Part shown: positions 25,704 to 39,757 of the stretch, piece by piece
How the letters are laid out: the number at the start of each line of letters is the position of its first letter
Position numbering within the stretch: position 1 is the first letter of the stretch
Origin: Octopus sinensis
Taxonomy: Eukaryota
Direction: 5' to 3'
Length of the DNA stretch: 64,000 bases
Assembly: GCF_006345805.1 (NCBI RefSeq)
Contig: NC_043007.1
Location: 47,368,001 to 47,432,000, forward strand
Program-made: the position numbers and the translations under genes
Notes under the pieces: model-generated
What the model was told of the DNA's origin: nothing
The model's database searches: none
The model's input: only the letters and a program-made list of their open reading frames with translations

Positions 25704-26529
25704 GCTTGTTGTTCCTACACCTGTCTTCTTTGTTTCTCTATATATTTGTACTATATATACACATATATGCTTAAAAGTTTGCTTACATACATACATACAT
25801 ACATACATACAGTCATACACAACGCGTATGAATGTATCTATATGTCTGCGCACACACATAGACATAAACTTAGACACACACACACACACATTTATATATA
25901 TATATATCACGTCACGTGACCGACCAGACCATCAGATGTTGCAACACATCGCTGGTCACAAGGCGTTCGCATTGTTTTAGCCTTCGAATGACGCCACCCC
26001 GCTGGCTAAGCGAGCAGGCCAATATATATATATGTAATTACATGCACACATACATACTCACTCACACATTCACTCTCTCACTCACTAACACACACTCTCA
26101 CTCATTCAATTACTCACATACATACGCACATACATGGTTTTGAACAATGCATCATTTCTTCTAGCTTCTTGATTCTATGTATTATTTGTAATCTGGGAAG
26201 TTCTCATTACATTTCTTCTTTCATATGTGTTGTTTCTTTTGAAAAGAAAATATAAATTATGAGATTTTACTCTCTTCTCTTTATGTTCATCATTAGAATC
26301 CTTCGGTGTGCGGTGGCGTATATCATAGGCACTATCGATATATTGGAGTAGATTCAATTCACTCATCTTCTACAAAATTTGGCCCTGTGCCTAAGTCATA
26401 AATCTTTGTCATTTGTCCATTTATTGTCTACTAAAACAAATTAATCCTATTTTCTTTATTCGCACATTTATACAACGTCAGCAATTTGACATGAGATAAG
26501 CCTAAAATTAAAAGACTAAATACATTACT

Positions 26530-26738
26530 GTAAGTAAAACCGCCTCTGGCTCTGTAGTATAAATGTCTTGTTTTCAAAAGTTCTGAATTAAAATCTTCCA
26601 CGAAACCTTAGTCACGATTTATGTTGCTAACACTAGCTTATTGATAACTAAGTTATTTTACTAAATTCTTTGTTATATCTAAAATTAATTGAAGAGACAC
26701 AAAGCAGCTCAACAGAAATACGGTAACAAAAGAGTTAA
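26530..26738. mobile_element. Probable piggyBac-type MITE, left end eroded
   Basis: Right end ...ggtaacaaaagagTTAA resembles an AAAGGG-TTAA terminus; I recall the body as a common octopus repeat; the left TIR is not visible. Confidence 0.35.
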
Positions 26739-27224
26739 TGTCGATTAAATTAGTAGCTGTAATATATAGGGATTGATTCGATGGACTACAGGATACGTTA
26801 TATTTATGAATATTTGCCTCTCAAGAAAATGTTAAAAGCGAACATTTATATAGAATTATATAGAAAGCCTGCTTAGAAAATGAATGCAAACTTGAGTCAA
26901 ATGTCTCTGAAATTCTCATTAATTCTTTCAAATATAATCATTTATTATCAATACTAATTTCAGCTTGAACGTTAATGGCAAATGATATTTAACATTACAA
27001 GAGAATTTAACAAGCTATCTTTTCTGGTTTATAAAGTTTGGAAGGGAAATCATTGTTAACTTGCTTTGGAATGCTTCAAGAATATTTCTAACATGAAATT
27101 ATACTAATGCTAAGCCTTTTGGCAGCAGCGATTCCCAACGTATAGTTGTGGCTGTATCACATCACTTAATAATTCCGAAAGTGATGCGAAGTCAAAATCT
27201 TCTACTTTTGAAGTATTTGATAAT

Positions 27225-29280
27225 CTCTTTTCTTTATTAACCATAAAGATTTTTAAAAATCGAGTGGACGATACAAGGACAGACAAGAGGTCAGGAGACG
27301 AATGGAACATATAATCGATGATAAATAAGTATGAAATTCGGATAAGAAACAAAAATGAATGAAAAAAAATATATATTACGAAGTGAGGTACGTAGCCGAC
27401 CCATTCCAACACTGAATCCTTTGGCAGACTCTTTAATTTCTCGCTCAAATAGGTTCATTTACATCTCTTTCGAAATATTCCGTGAGACAGGCATCTCCTC
27501 TCGATCCATATTTTCCTTTTCATATGGAAAAGGGAGAAGTTCACCAACCCGAGGCTGGAGATGAAAGTACCTGTTATGATCCTTTTCACTCTCGTCTTCC
27601 ACACTACCTCCTTCGAGGTAGCTACTACGCAAAGGAAACAAACCTGCTCTTCACTATTGAGGGAAGACTGCGGAACAATCTTAATTATAGATTTGGCTGA
27701 CAGTCGTACTCTTCTCAGATGCGACAACAGTTGTTCGACATAAACCCAAAGTTCTGATATCTTCGGTCATTGCACAATTGCGTGTAGGACAGTTTCATTG
27801 TCCTGACCGCATCTTGGACAAGTTGGCGTGGCGAAGCATCATGCCTAAAGAGTTTGTCCCGAACAGGGATTTATGGAAATTGTCCAAAGACTCTGGCCCG
27901 AATGTTCTTCGGAACAGGCTGGCGAGCTGATTGTCATCGAAGCCCAGGGTTTCTCCCAGGGCATCACATCTAAACTCTACTAACCCTCTGTAAAAGAACG
28001 CGGCGGAACCCCCGCCACCTGCGTTGCCCGCTTGGGAGAGAATCACGAGTGTCTGACGATACTCTGCGTGCCAAGCTCCCAACTGTGGTCTACGCTTAAT
28101 CCATGGGTCCAGTTCAATAAACGAGGTGAACTCTGGAAACAACTGTCTAGCGAACGGAGACCGCACCTGCATACCGTCCAGGTAGAGCCAGAGGTGCTTC
28201 AGCGTCAGTGCATGTCTGTGTATTTTAACCACGGCATCCCTAGCCCACCTTTCAGTGGGTCTGGCGGCAGATAGAGCGCCTTACATGAGGTGCCCTTCCC
28301 TCCCACAAAAAACGGAAGAGCATGCGTTCCAACTTGGTCGGCCACGAATCGGGGCAAGACACAACGATGTCTCCATTACTCAGGAAAATAACCAGAGATG
28401 ATGATAGAAAGAGAATCCAACAAGATCTAGCAAAGTCGTATATGAAAGAATGTGAAATGGTGAAGATACACGAGATTAAGAAGTTATGGAACTCAAAGGT
28501 CAGAGAATGAAGACTGAAGTCCGTCACCCACCTGTGAAAGCAGTAATCTAAGTAACCGACATTTAGAAAGCTCTGAAGAAGCAGTACTAAACAAAGGTCT
28601 CAACTTTGCGACAACCATCAAGCGCATTCCATATTTGGACATAATAGCCCCCATTGAAGAGATAGCCATAAAGATACCAAAAGCTCAGGGAGATGAACTA
28701 AGGGGGAAAGTGAGACAAGTGCTAGAAAAAGCGAAACTTGACAAACCAGGTTCCAGCGACTTGTCCTCGCTGCAGTCCGACAATGCCTCTTCCACCTCCG
28801 CAGCTGTGATCGGTCCTTCACAGCATTCCGCTTCCCTTCCCCCAAGAGACGCGGAAAACCCACGACGCGGAACATCCACCGCCCTTCCTGAAAAGCTGGG
28901 TGGAATGCTCATGAAACACCTTGGACATCTCCTCGAGTTCATTTACTGAACGATTATATATTTGTTATTCAAAGACCTTATTGTTGCGTTGTTGCCGCGT
29001 TAGCTCTCTACTACGCAGGCCCATCCGGTGACGTTGATCACCTCGTAAATTAACCCTGACAATGCACCCTTCGTGTTTAGCTTTGAGATGTTGGTCGAGT
29101 GCCAACCTCGCTGCTGAAATTCTGGATGCAGAGCCTGACCCCATTGCCTCTTCCAGAATCTTAACTGATTCCCTTTCTACTCTATTTCTAGAATTAGCTG
29201 CAAAATTTATAGATTGTACATGATTATCCATTCGTACATTTAATGCAAAAAATGCCTGCCACTCCTGCAAGGAAATTATG
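27225..29280 (-). mobile_element. Tx1/L1-clade LINE remnant (post-EN linker, RT core deleted, C-terminus and 3' UTR)
   Basis: ORF pieces EAECCEGPITAAEVEEAL..EDKS, KLERMLFRFLWEG, RHALTLKHLWLYLDG..FYRGLVE..RTFGP and ..HMKRKIWIER are homologous to the 96-1136 element; AATAAA near 27235. Confidence 0.85.
28370..28750 (+). mobile_element. Penelope-like element N-terminal (pre-RT) fragment nested in the Tx1 remnant
   Basis: Reads NLSNRHLESSEEAVLNKGLNFATTIKRIPYLDIIAPIEE..GDELRGKVRQVLEKAK, matching the PLE NLS..L..E..VL.KGLNFA..IP..DII motif. Confidence 0.8.
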
Positions 29281-30656
29281 AAACATTATGTATTTCGAAT
29301 TAGAATTTAGAACATGTTCGCTTACTTAAATTTTGAGAAATGGATTGTGTAGAATTATTTGCTAAAATCAGTCACTATGGGAAAATCGGTGATCCATTGT
29401 CAAAGGATCCGCTGAGTGAGGCACGGCAATAGATTTTGAAATATTAGCTTTCATTTCTAGAAAGGTCATAGAACCTCATTCATTATTCTCTTTCACCGAA
29501 TATCTCATGATATACTGAACATCTGAAAACAATTTTTAAATCATAGTAGAACACAACTGAACCTTTCTTTAAAACATTTGAAATTCATTACTCCTGATTT
29601 TCTCAAAAACACTGACAATGTACTTTATCATCCAAGAGGCGTTATTCATTCTGAAAGAAACTGAATCCTATGAATCCCATAAACTAACTTTTCTAAATGA
29701 TTACTTGGAAATTTGCTGTTGTAATGGAAATAAATATCAGAAGGAAAATCAGTCTTTATTCCAATGTGTGAACATTATTATATAAACTTATGGTAGGTGG
29801 CAGCTTATGACAAAACTATACAAGAAAACATGAAGCGATGCTGATAACTACGTATAACTGCAGACAAATAAAAGACATCCAGTTACATCTTTACGTCGCC
29901 AATTTTTCTCTCTATACACATCATAAGTATTCACTTTTATTTCCTTTCTATTAACTAACTCTTCCCAAGATACCTTTCAATGATGACCTGGCTGTTTTAT
30001 CTTTCAATAGCATCAAAATAAGATATTATATACTGTATCAAAATAAAATATTATAGTATAACCTTTCAACCTATAAACAATTCACAAATTAAATCTCATT
30101 TTGCTTTATAGACTTAACAGTCACCGATATTGCTTCGTAAAGACCTCACATATTCCATGGAGCCAAATTTTACATCACAAAGGATGGCTTTTTCTCTTTT
30201 GTGTCAATAGACACTTTGTATTTGAATATCTATGAATACTTAGTAAAAACTAAAGTAATATTGGTTAAACTTTTCTCCAGGCATAAATGACGCATATTTC
30301 TAAAGAGAATTGTCTGCTGTAACATTCATATCTTTTCTCCAGAACATTTAATGTATATGTGAAGTTATTTGGCTTCAACAAGAAATTAAAATACACTTAT
30401 ACTTTCGACTCGCCAGGAGCTTGCTTCCCGCTCACATATGTTTCGAATTTACACACTGTAATACTTTCATACTAAAATATGGTCGAAAAATATCAACACC
30501 ATCATGCACACATACACTCTATAAAGCAGTTGGTTTTAAGACAAGAACCCATGCGAAAGGCGACATTAGAAACCAATACATGCTAGCCATATCCTGTCGA
30601 AATGTCCATCCCACGCCAGCACGAAACACGGACAGTGATGATGATGATGATGATAA

Positions 30657-30722
30657 TACATACATTCATACATACACACACATACATACATACATACATA
30701 CATACATACATACATACATACA

Positions 30723-30752
<30 letters not shown>
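30657..30752. repeat. (TACA)n microsatellite
   Basis: Directly visible. Confidence 0.95.
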
Positions 30753-30754
<2 letters not shown>

Positions 30755-33700
30755 ATTTCCAATGGTACTTTACATATTTTATGATGCTCAAATAATTGTC
30801 GAATTTTTGTGCCGAAGCAATGGTTATTATTATTAGTCGGTTTTTGGTCACATTAGTAAAACCATTCTAAGCAAAGAAGAGAATATACGCACTATGGTTT
30901 TCGAGGAGATAAAACTGTAAAAAGACGTCAATAAAATCGTGTTTTAAAGAAGAAAAGAAAAAGACATTTCATTACTCATAACTTTTAATACTTCCTCTGG
31001 TAATATTTCTTTTGCAATATCTTTTATCATTTAGCTTAATCATTTAATTCCTTGGAAATACTTCCCTGATAGAATATTGTTGAAGGGCTCTTAAAGGAAT
31101 GTTACAATAGAATGGGTGTAGCAACAGATCTACCATTATATTCGCATCCTACAAACCAAAATGGGAGCTTCTTCTACGTGAGACAAGCTGCTGGAAATAG
31201 AAACCAAATTCACTTATAACTATCCCACAACAGTTTTTTGTTTTCTTTTTCCGGTAGGATATTTTATGTTAAGTTCTAGATATCCCTAAAACGATGAGAT
31301 CGTCAAGGTTGAAGTGATTTTAGTCAAGTTATTTAATATCTGACAGCGACGGCAAGAATATGTTCAATCGTTTCACTATGACTGAAGAGCAGCAACGTAA
31401 TAATAACAGTTGTGATTACTTCTGACAGTGTTTCTGTTTTAGTTTATTGTCGGTGGTAACTTTTCTTGTTGACCACAAAAGAAACGCAAAATAAATTTTG
31501 AATCCTGCTCAAACTAATTAGTTTTTCAGATGAAAATTTCTCTCTACAAATTTTTAGATTAATAAATATCGACGTCAATTTCTTGTTACCTTCGTGCCCA
31601 CTCCAAAATTAGTCTACTATTTCAACGAATCATCTGAAGTTACATTGTTTATTATAAAGAATAGTCATGACTAAATAATTCTCATAGTTTGGATATGTAT
31701 CATAAAAACAAATATTGAGATTAAATGAAATTAAGATTGTAAGTTCCAGCTAAACGATGCAATGCTGAATTTGTCTTCAGTTCAATTGTTTCATCTTGGG
31801 AAGTTATTCTTATCAGTAAATATGCTACCTCGATACACGCACTGAATTGAATCTCGTTCTTTTTCTACATGTCTATTGAAAAGGATCATTCCACCAGATC
31901 AACAACTGATTCTACTACGGAAAAATATTGAGTCATTTAGGCACTCAAAACTGAAAATATTATGAACACGTCTGCTAACTTCACCTCAAACATGCACCAT
32001 AATTGCAACACGTAAATAATACCACTCCCGCAATAAATAAGTAACACAAAAATTTGGAAAGAAAAATCATTTGAATAATTCTCTCGGCTGAGTTTGTGCT
32101 TTGTCATCTATAGTAAAGCTTTCAGAATTTCTTTTGCACTTAGAATGTCAAAATTTATTCGTCCATTCTTCCAGTATAGAAAGTCTGTAGATGCATTGCC
32201 TGCTATACATATACTGATACATATAATGTACATTCGTATATAAATATAAAGCTGTACACACAAACACACACACACACACACACACACCCATATATATATA
32301 TATATATATACACACACATATACATACACACACACGCACGCATACACACAACACAAACAAACGCACACACATACATATGCATACATATGAAATGAACATA
32401 TATGTGTGTACGTATGTCTATATTTACGTGTGTGTGTGTGTGTGAGTGCGCGTGTGTGTGAGTGCGCGTGCGTGTCTATATTGCGCATGTGTGTATTAAC
32501 AGATATTTGTCAGCAATATCAACATGGTCAGAAGTACTGCAATTCCTGAAATTATTTTTCTTTTGTTTCACCTTAGCCTCCACCTTCCAGCAATCCACCA
32601 ACAAGTGAAACGAATTGAAGATTTTCTAATAATGAATGCTTTTAAACAAAAGAGAAATTTGTACATCACCTCGAACAAAATTACTACGTAAATAGAAGCA
32701 GTCGCGCTTACTGCAAAGAGGCGATAAACAATCTGTACGTCGTCTTGTGGGTATTTATTTGCTTTTCTTTCGTCCGACTGACAAAGAACTAAAAGCAAAT
32801 TTCCAGTAATTGTTTTTGCTGATAGACAAATAATAAATATTACACAATTTAACATGATGAACAACACTTTGCTATGGTGCATCAAACATTAATTGAAATA
32901 TGTAAAAAACAAACATAATGACAGTTACATTATTTCAATCTTCGGTAATGTAAATTCTAAAACAAAACACCTAGCACTCTAATTGGACATAGAAGTAAAT
33001 AAATAAATACAGTAAGTGTGAAAGCACGTACGAATGTCAACGAAATGAGAAGGCAATGATTTGACAAAATATATAATTTCTTTCGCAAAAATTGCGACTC
33101 GTTTTGGTGGTGGAGACGGTATAAATTATATAGTGGAAGCCAAGGTGGAGTCTCTAAGTGGTCGGTACCCGAATAAAATACCCTGACAAAGCTTCCTAAA
33201 ATCGTATGCATCCGTCTTAAAAAAAGAAAGACACGTCTGACAAATCTAGGTTTAGATATTGAAAAAAAAACAATGGTTATGGGTGAAATTCCTTCGGTTA
33301 TATGTGTGGTCGATGAGGCTGACTTATGGCAAAGCATCAACAACTTTACAACATTATAGTGAACAACGGAACAGCTACATGGTCACATAAATCATAAAAA
33401 TATGTTTTTAGAAAGAAAGAACCCATAGCAAAAAAATAGTCTTACATAGAGATAAAACACGAACAGTTCACGGCCGGACAATCTGTCTGAATAGGCCTGA
33501 CCTTAGGCCCTACATTATCAATAACAACGATGACTACGACACAATCAATAATATTACAGTAATAGGATTTGCTTGACTGGGTTCACAATTCCTTAAGGTT
33601 AAATGTAAATAGTATAAGTAATTCGGTGCTTAGTTTCGACTTTCAAACTATAATAGAAGCTGGCAAGGTAAAAATCTACAAGCTAATCTAATCTTTAAAG

Positions 33701-33986
33701 TATTAAATGCTATCGCATTTCCTTAAATAATTTATTTCATTACATTGGTATGTAGTCCACGATAATATGTATATATTGTGTACGTTTGGGAGGGGTGTGC
33801 GTGTGTATGTTTGTGTGTGTGCGCGCGCGCGGTTGTGTGGACGTGTATACATATTATACAGATATATATATATATATATACATATATATGTCTGTATGAT
33901 AGACAGATAGATAGATTGATTGATAGACAAACAGGCAGACAAACAGACAGAGAGATAAGATGTGTATTTCTTCAAAGCTGCGTCTA

Positions 33987-34168
33987 TATTTCTTTATCGC
34001 CCACAGGGGTCTAAACACAGATGGGACAAACAAGGACAGACACAGATTAAGTCGATTATATCGACCCCAGTGAGTAGCTGGTACTTAATTTATCGACACC
34101 GAAAGGATGAAAGTCAAAGTCGACCTAGGGGGAATTTGAACTCAGAACGTAGCGGCAGACGAAATACC
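33987..34168 (-). mobile_element. SINE body without head (tandem with the next copy)
   Basis: Near-duplicate of 34169-34350 (gattaagtcgattatatcgaccccagt..ctggtactt..ggatgaaag..gaactcagaacgt). Confidence 0.85.
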
Positions 34169-34402
34169 TATTTCTTTACTACCCACAGTGGGCTAAACAC
34201 AGAGAAGACAAACAAGGACAGACACACGGATTAAGTCGATTATATCGACCCCAGTGCGTAACTGGTACTTATTTAATCGACCCCGAAAGGATGAAAGGCA
34301 ACGTCGACCTCGGCGGAATTTGAACTCAGAACGTAACGGCAGACGAAATACGGCTAAACATTTCGCCAGCCGTGCTAACGTTTCTGCCACCTCGCCGCCC
34401 TA
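34169..34402 (-). mobile_element. tRNA-derived SINE, complete and young
   Basis: Reverse complement has the head ggcggcgaggtggcagaaacgttagcacgg and B-box-like gagttcaaattccgccg. Confidence 0.9.
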
Positions 34403-34453
34403 TATCTCCTAATATTAATGTATTCAATATTGAGAGAATTACAGAGAAAATAT

Positions 34454-34673
34454 AGCTGGCAGAAACGTTAGCGCGCCGGGCAAAATGCTTAGCGGTATTT
34501 CTTCTGCCATTACGTTTTGAGTTCAAATTCCGCCGAGGTCGACTTTGACTTTCATCCTTTCGGGGTCGATAAATTAAGTACCAGTTACGCACTGGGGTCG
34601 ATATAATCGACTTAATCCCTTTGTCTGTCCTTGTTTGTCCCCTCTATGTTTAGCCCCTTGTGGGCAATAAAGA

Positions 34674-34680
<7 letters not shown>
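34454..34680 (+). mobile_element. tRNA-derived SINE, young, inverted relative to the previous copy
   Basis: agctggcagaaacgttagcgcgccggg..gagttcaaattccgccgaggtcgac..gggcaataaagaataaata followed by (TA)n. Confidence 0.9.
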
Positions 34681-34704
<24 letters not shown>

Positions 34705-35099
34705 AGAACAGACATAAACAAACAAATAAATTGAGAAAATGCTGATGAAATACATTGTTTCAATAGATCATCATTGATCTCTTTAAAACCAATAGTTTGT
34801 GTTTCCATTTCCCTTGACCTTCAGCCACTGGATAAGTATCATTCTTAATATTTTATTTCTAAAAGGCATGCATTAGTATCTGTATATTGGCAAAACAAGA
34901 AACACTTAAGAGATAAATATTTCCAACAGTATTAATAGCTATAAATACATTTAAAATAAAATTGAAATAATCAAATAATTGTGGGAGTATTGTAAATCTA
35001 ATAATGGATAACTAGTTTAAAGGAAATTCATAACTAATTTTCAAGTTTTTCAGGCTGAATTTAGTAGCTTTCATAAAAGGAAACGAAACACAATATCCC

Positions 35100-35640
35100 A
35101 TGCAAAATGTATTTTTTAAAAATAAAAAAATACATCAACTTCATCATAACAGTTTCCTAGTTGTAGCCGCCCTCAGCTTCCTCTACGACTCAAGACGACA
35201 CCGGGACCTGGCGCATGCGTTCCTCACTGCGTCTCTGGAGATTTTCAATTCTCACCTTCATCTTGATCTTGGTGATGCAGGCAGTGTGGTTGGTGTCTTT
35301 CTCAACTGCGCCCCGGGCATAGTAATCGATGGGATTACAATCGAAGCCAAAAACTGAGACAGATGAAGTCGTAGAAAATTTCCGACTTCTGACTCTTTCC
35401 GGAGGTGTAGTAAGGAAATGAATCCTGCTGTCACACTTATGGCTTTCCAATAGCAACACTTTCTAGCCAGGTTTTGACCACAGATTCCAACAGCTTCACA
35501 TACACATCTGAATTGAGTCTCAAGCCCTATTCAAAGATGTGGGCATGAATTCCGGTATGATGTCACCCTCGCTGGAGACACACACAAAGCTCATTACAGT
35601 TTAGGGTAACTTGGTTTTCATGACATTCATGTTACGTCTT
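35100..35640 (-). mobile_element. Tc1/mariner (maT/DD37D-like) transposase 3' remnant
   Basis: Broken frames give VVKTWLESVAIGKP..QQDS..DCNPIDYYARGAVEKDTN..ACARSRCRLES.EEAEGGY, like the QQD..WPPNSPDLNPLDY..RLEAVV.A.GG motifs. Confidence 0.65.
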
Positions 35641-36011
35641 ACAGCTTTTACAGTGTCCATAGAGCATTGCGCAAAAATAATGTCAGTATTTTGATACCTG
35701 GCGCCAATCATCGTGATAGAGGTAACTATTTTCGCTAATGTTTTCTCAACTACAACTGTAATGTTGATGCTCTCCGTTGACTCTTCACCAATACATCAAA
35801 CTGTTCCTGAAAAAGAGAAAGATTCATAAAATTTTTCAAAATTCGCCTGAATATCCTGTATGTATCTTTTGTGACTCCTAACTAAGAATTACGCAACTTC
35901 CACAATCGCTCTAAAGCAACTAAACTCGTTATTGTGATCTTTCATGCATGTCTAAATGTAGAAATATTATGATATTAATTTGTTCATATGAGCTATTGAG
36001 TATATTATATA

Positions 36012-37271
36012 TTGGGTCATCCCATAAATAATGCATTTTTTTAATACTTTTTATTTTTCAAAATTAAGATAAACATCATCCTCTTTTAATCTAAAATATA
36101 CTCTCCTTTATTTTCTACAATGTTCTTCCATCTATCTGATAGACTTGCAAGACCCATCTTCCAAGATTCATATGTGCGTGACGAAAATACTCCTCCAGTA
36201 CTGTTCTGATCTTGTCTACAGAATTCATAATTTTTCTATCCAAATAATTTTGAAGACTACAGACTAAATGATAATCAGATAGGGCAATGTCCAGCGAATA
36301 TGGTGGGTGCGGCATTGTTTCCCATTCGAACTGCTCCAGCCTCTGGAATGCCATCTTCGCTGTGTGGCCGAGCATTATCCTGATGAAAGAACACCTTTCG
36401 TCTTGAAATCAAAAATGGTCGTTGTTCTTCAAGCGCTGATTTAAGCCGCTCAAGCTGCTCGCTGTAGATCTCCTTCGTTTGGGTTTCAAGGTTGAAAGTG
36501 GACTAAACTTTTCATATCCCACCAAATATAACAACACTATATGTTGGTGAAGACCTTCTTTAGCCTGGACTGCCAGTGTTTCTCCTTTCCCTACCAACTG
36601 TCTCCGGCACTTGACATTTTTAAAGAGAACCCATTTCTCCTCACCAGTCACTGTTCGGTGGGAAAAAGATTTATTCGTGAGAAGTGACAGCAAAGAATAT
36701 CACAGATGAACTCTCTGCGAGCGATTAGACTCCGATATAGGAACCCATTGACACAATTTGCTGGTTTTTCCGATGGCACGCAGGTATCGATGAATGGTTG
36801 AATGACCAAATCCAAGCTTCTCTGCTAGTTCCTCAACTGTTACGATGGGATTTTGTTCCTCCAAGATTTGCAAGACGTCCTCATCGGGTTCTACAGATCT
36901 TCCTGGACGAGGTTAGTCTTTTAGGCAATAGTTTCCGGTTCGGAAATTCTGGAACCACTGTTGACACTAGCTTACGCTTATTGTCCGATTCCCATGAAAC
37001 TGCATTAGTATTCCTCGCACTTTCCATTGCGTTGTTGCTTTTATTGAACTCATAAATAGAAATATGGCGGATATGCTCCTTTGTCATTTCTATTATAGCT
37101 TTCAAAATATAACTGTCAAAATTGAACTGCACTCTCGAAAACTTGCACTAGGAATAAGTACAAGGTAAAAATACTACCTTTTATAGCAATTTGATGCAGA
37201 TAGTTTATCCCATCCCCCTCCGACTTTTAGTTCATACAATTGAGAAAACCGCATTAGTTACGGGATGAAGA
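36012..37271 (-). mobile_element. Near-full-length mariner transposon (~1260 bp), decayed
   Basis: Imperfect TIRs ttgggtcatcccataaataatgc / gcattagttacgggatgaaga with TA flanks; ORF pieces EHIRHISIYEFNK, RTVTGEEKWVLFKN, HPPYSLDIALSDYHL. Confidence 0.9.
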
Positions 37272-39133
37272 TATTGTGGTTTTAGCAAAGGTGCACTATA
37301 CTAAGTTATAGTTAACTTTCTATGTAATCTTTTGTTATTATTTCTCATGTTTTTGAGGATATATGTTTTTTGGTTTTTTTGTTCTTTTGCGTTTGTTTTT
37401 ACTATTCAGTTTTCTCAAAGCATAACAAGTTGCATATTTATAGAATGCTTATTTGTTTACACAGTTTTGAGTTAGTAATTTGCTATTTTTGACAATGTTA
37501 TTAGCTAAACACTGCGATGATTTGATCAATGATAGATGTGGTTAAATGATTGGCGTTGTTTATAAGGACAGAAAATAGAGAAAAAATACGACGAGGAAAT
37601 TTACTGAAATAATATGTTCAGTTTGATTTGAATGAAGAAACTGTATAAAATTTTCTTTATCATTTTGTTCAAAGTTGCACATCTTCAAAATTATCAGTTC
37701 GTCGTATCGGTAAATGTCTCTATCTACCAGCGGCGATTCTTTCTCCACATTAGTTAAAAGATATGAGCCTACGATTTTACTGCGCTCATATACAAACACT
37801 GTAAATGATGCTTGATTTTTTTTTTTTTCAAAATACAATAATACATTCTGAAATTATTTTCAAGTAAAACATTATTCCATGTTTGGTTTCACCGATGTTT
37901 GTAATTGGCCAACAAAACCTGGAGCTTTGCTAGTAAGAATTTGTTAACTGATAAGTAATATATTTTGATATAGAATCGAAGAAATCTTATGACATGTAAT
38001 GAAATACATATATTGTTTCATCGTTGTGCTCCAGATGATACCATTTTGAATTTACTGAAGGTCATAGTTTTTTACCTTTACATAGAAACAAGGCTGGACA
38101 GTAATAAAGACATTGATGGATTCTCGAAGTAGCTATTTCATCTGCTAAAAGTAATAGTCAAGTCTCTCTCAAAACGATTCTTAAATTTATTTGAAAAAAT
38201 GTAATTAGACAATGTTGCTTTGAGTACGTATATCTGAAAAACAGGCATGAGGATTTTGGCTGGAATGTTTTCTCGATTATGGCTGACCTGAGGCTAAACA
38301 ACACACTAACAACATGTGATGCAAGAACTATTCAATAATTCAACTTTTAAGAACAGTAACTTCAAGAATCTTTAGATCGTTGATTTAATGCTATCAAAAC
38401 ATGTTTCTGCATTTTCTATATTTCAAATCTCTGTGAGAAACCCCTTGCTTCTCATCGTTCCTGGTGTATGTCGATCAAATAAAATTGAAGACATGAAGTG
38501 GAATCCATTACATCGATAACCCCTCTCACAAATAAATCTGTAGCTTTGTTATGCCTAAGGTATAAATCTTTATTTAACTTTTGTAGGTTCATGATATGAG
38601 TTCTTTCAAGATTATTCCAATAATTCATTTATAGTTATACTCCTCGATCTTTACAACAAAGAATAAATCCAGATACCTCCCTGCTTCCTGGTGCATGCAT
38701 AATCGGTTGTGCTCTTCTGTACAAGTTCAAGCTATGCATTACATATGTTTCTCTCCGGCAAACTCCATTTACAACACATGTGATAAAATACTTTTAAGCC
38801 AATCGTTGCATGAATGGAAAGGTTATTCCCACACATAACTTTTATTTTGGCAATAAAATACGATGTTTGCAATATAATTGCATTAAGCTTCTATACTTTT
38901 TATTTTATGTTTCTTTTTCTTTCACTTTTAAAATTTATCAGATATATTACAAGAGCTTGAAATCAATGACGACAAAAAAGTAACAAAATTAAAGTACATC
39001 ATGAAAATAAATATTTAAATAAACAAAAATACAAGAGACGGATAGTACAAATATACAAAGAGAAATCGATCAGTATACTTAAGGAATAGCAATTGATTTA
39101 TGTGGATATTATTTGTATTTATACGTCAACAGA

Positions 39134-39144
39134 TATATATATAT

Positions 39145-39190
<46 letters not shown>

Positions 39191-39231
39191 CATATTCATA
39201 CAGGCAAACAAACACACACACATGTTCATAT

Positions 39232-39306
<75 letters not shown>
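39134..39306. repeat. (TA)n imperfect microsatellite
   Basis: Directly visible. Confidence 0.95.
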
Positions 39307-39309
<3 letters not shown>

Positions 39310-39552
39310 TCATGCATGTGGAAATGGTTTTATGTATGTGTGGATGTGTCCGTAAGCGTTGCAATGTGCATGTATAAGTACGCATGCGAGTAAATAGATT
39401 GACGTTTATTGGCGCAAAAACTGCAAAATATATAAAGCGTGAAAATATTCCCGTTGTAGAAATCGGAGTTGCAATAGTCCATTTTTACAAGTTATAGATT
39501 ATTTCTGTCTTTCTTTTTTTTCTTTCTTTCCTTCTGTCTTTCTTTCTTGTTT

Positions 39553-39605
<53 letters not shown>

Positions 39606-39698
39606 TATCTATATCTCTCTTCCTCTATCTCTTTCCCTGTCTGTGTTGCTATCCTCGCCTTTTTCTCACTGATTATGTGTGTGTGTGTGTATATGTGC

Positions 39699-39757
<59 letters not shown>

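Noticed and set aside
31888-31932. Ubiquitin-like fragment IPPDQQ-LI..GKIL
   Set aside because: Only about 10 residues match, with a frameshift, and flanking sequence shows no ubiquitin similarity; probably chance.
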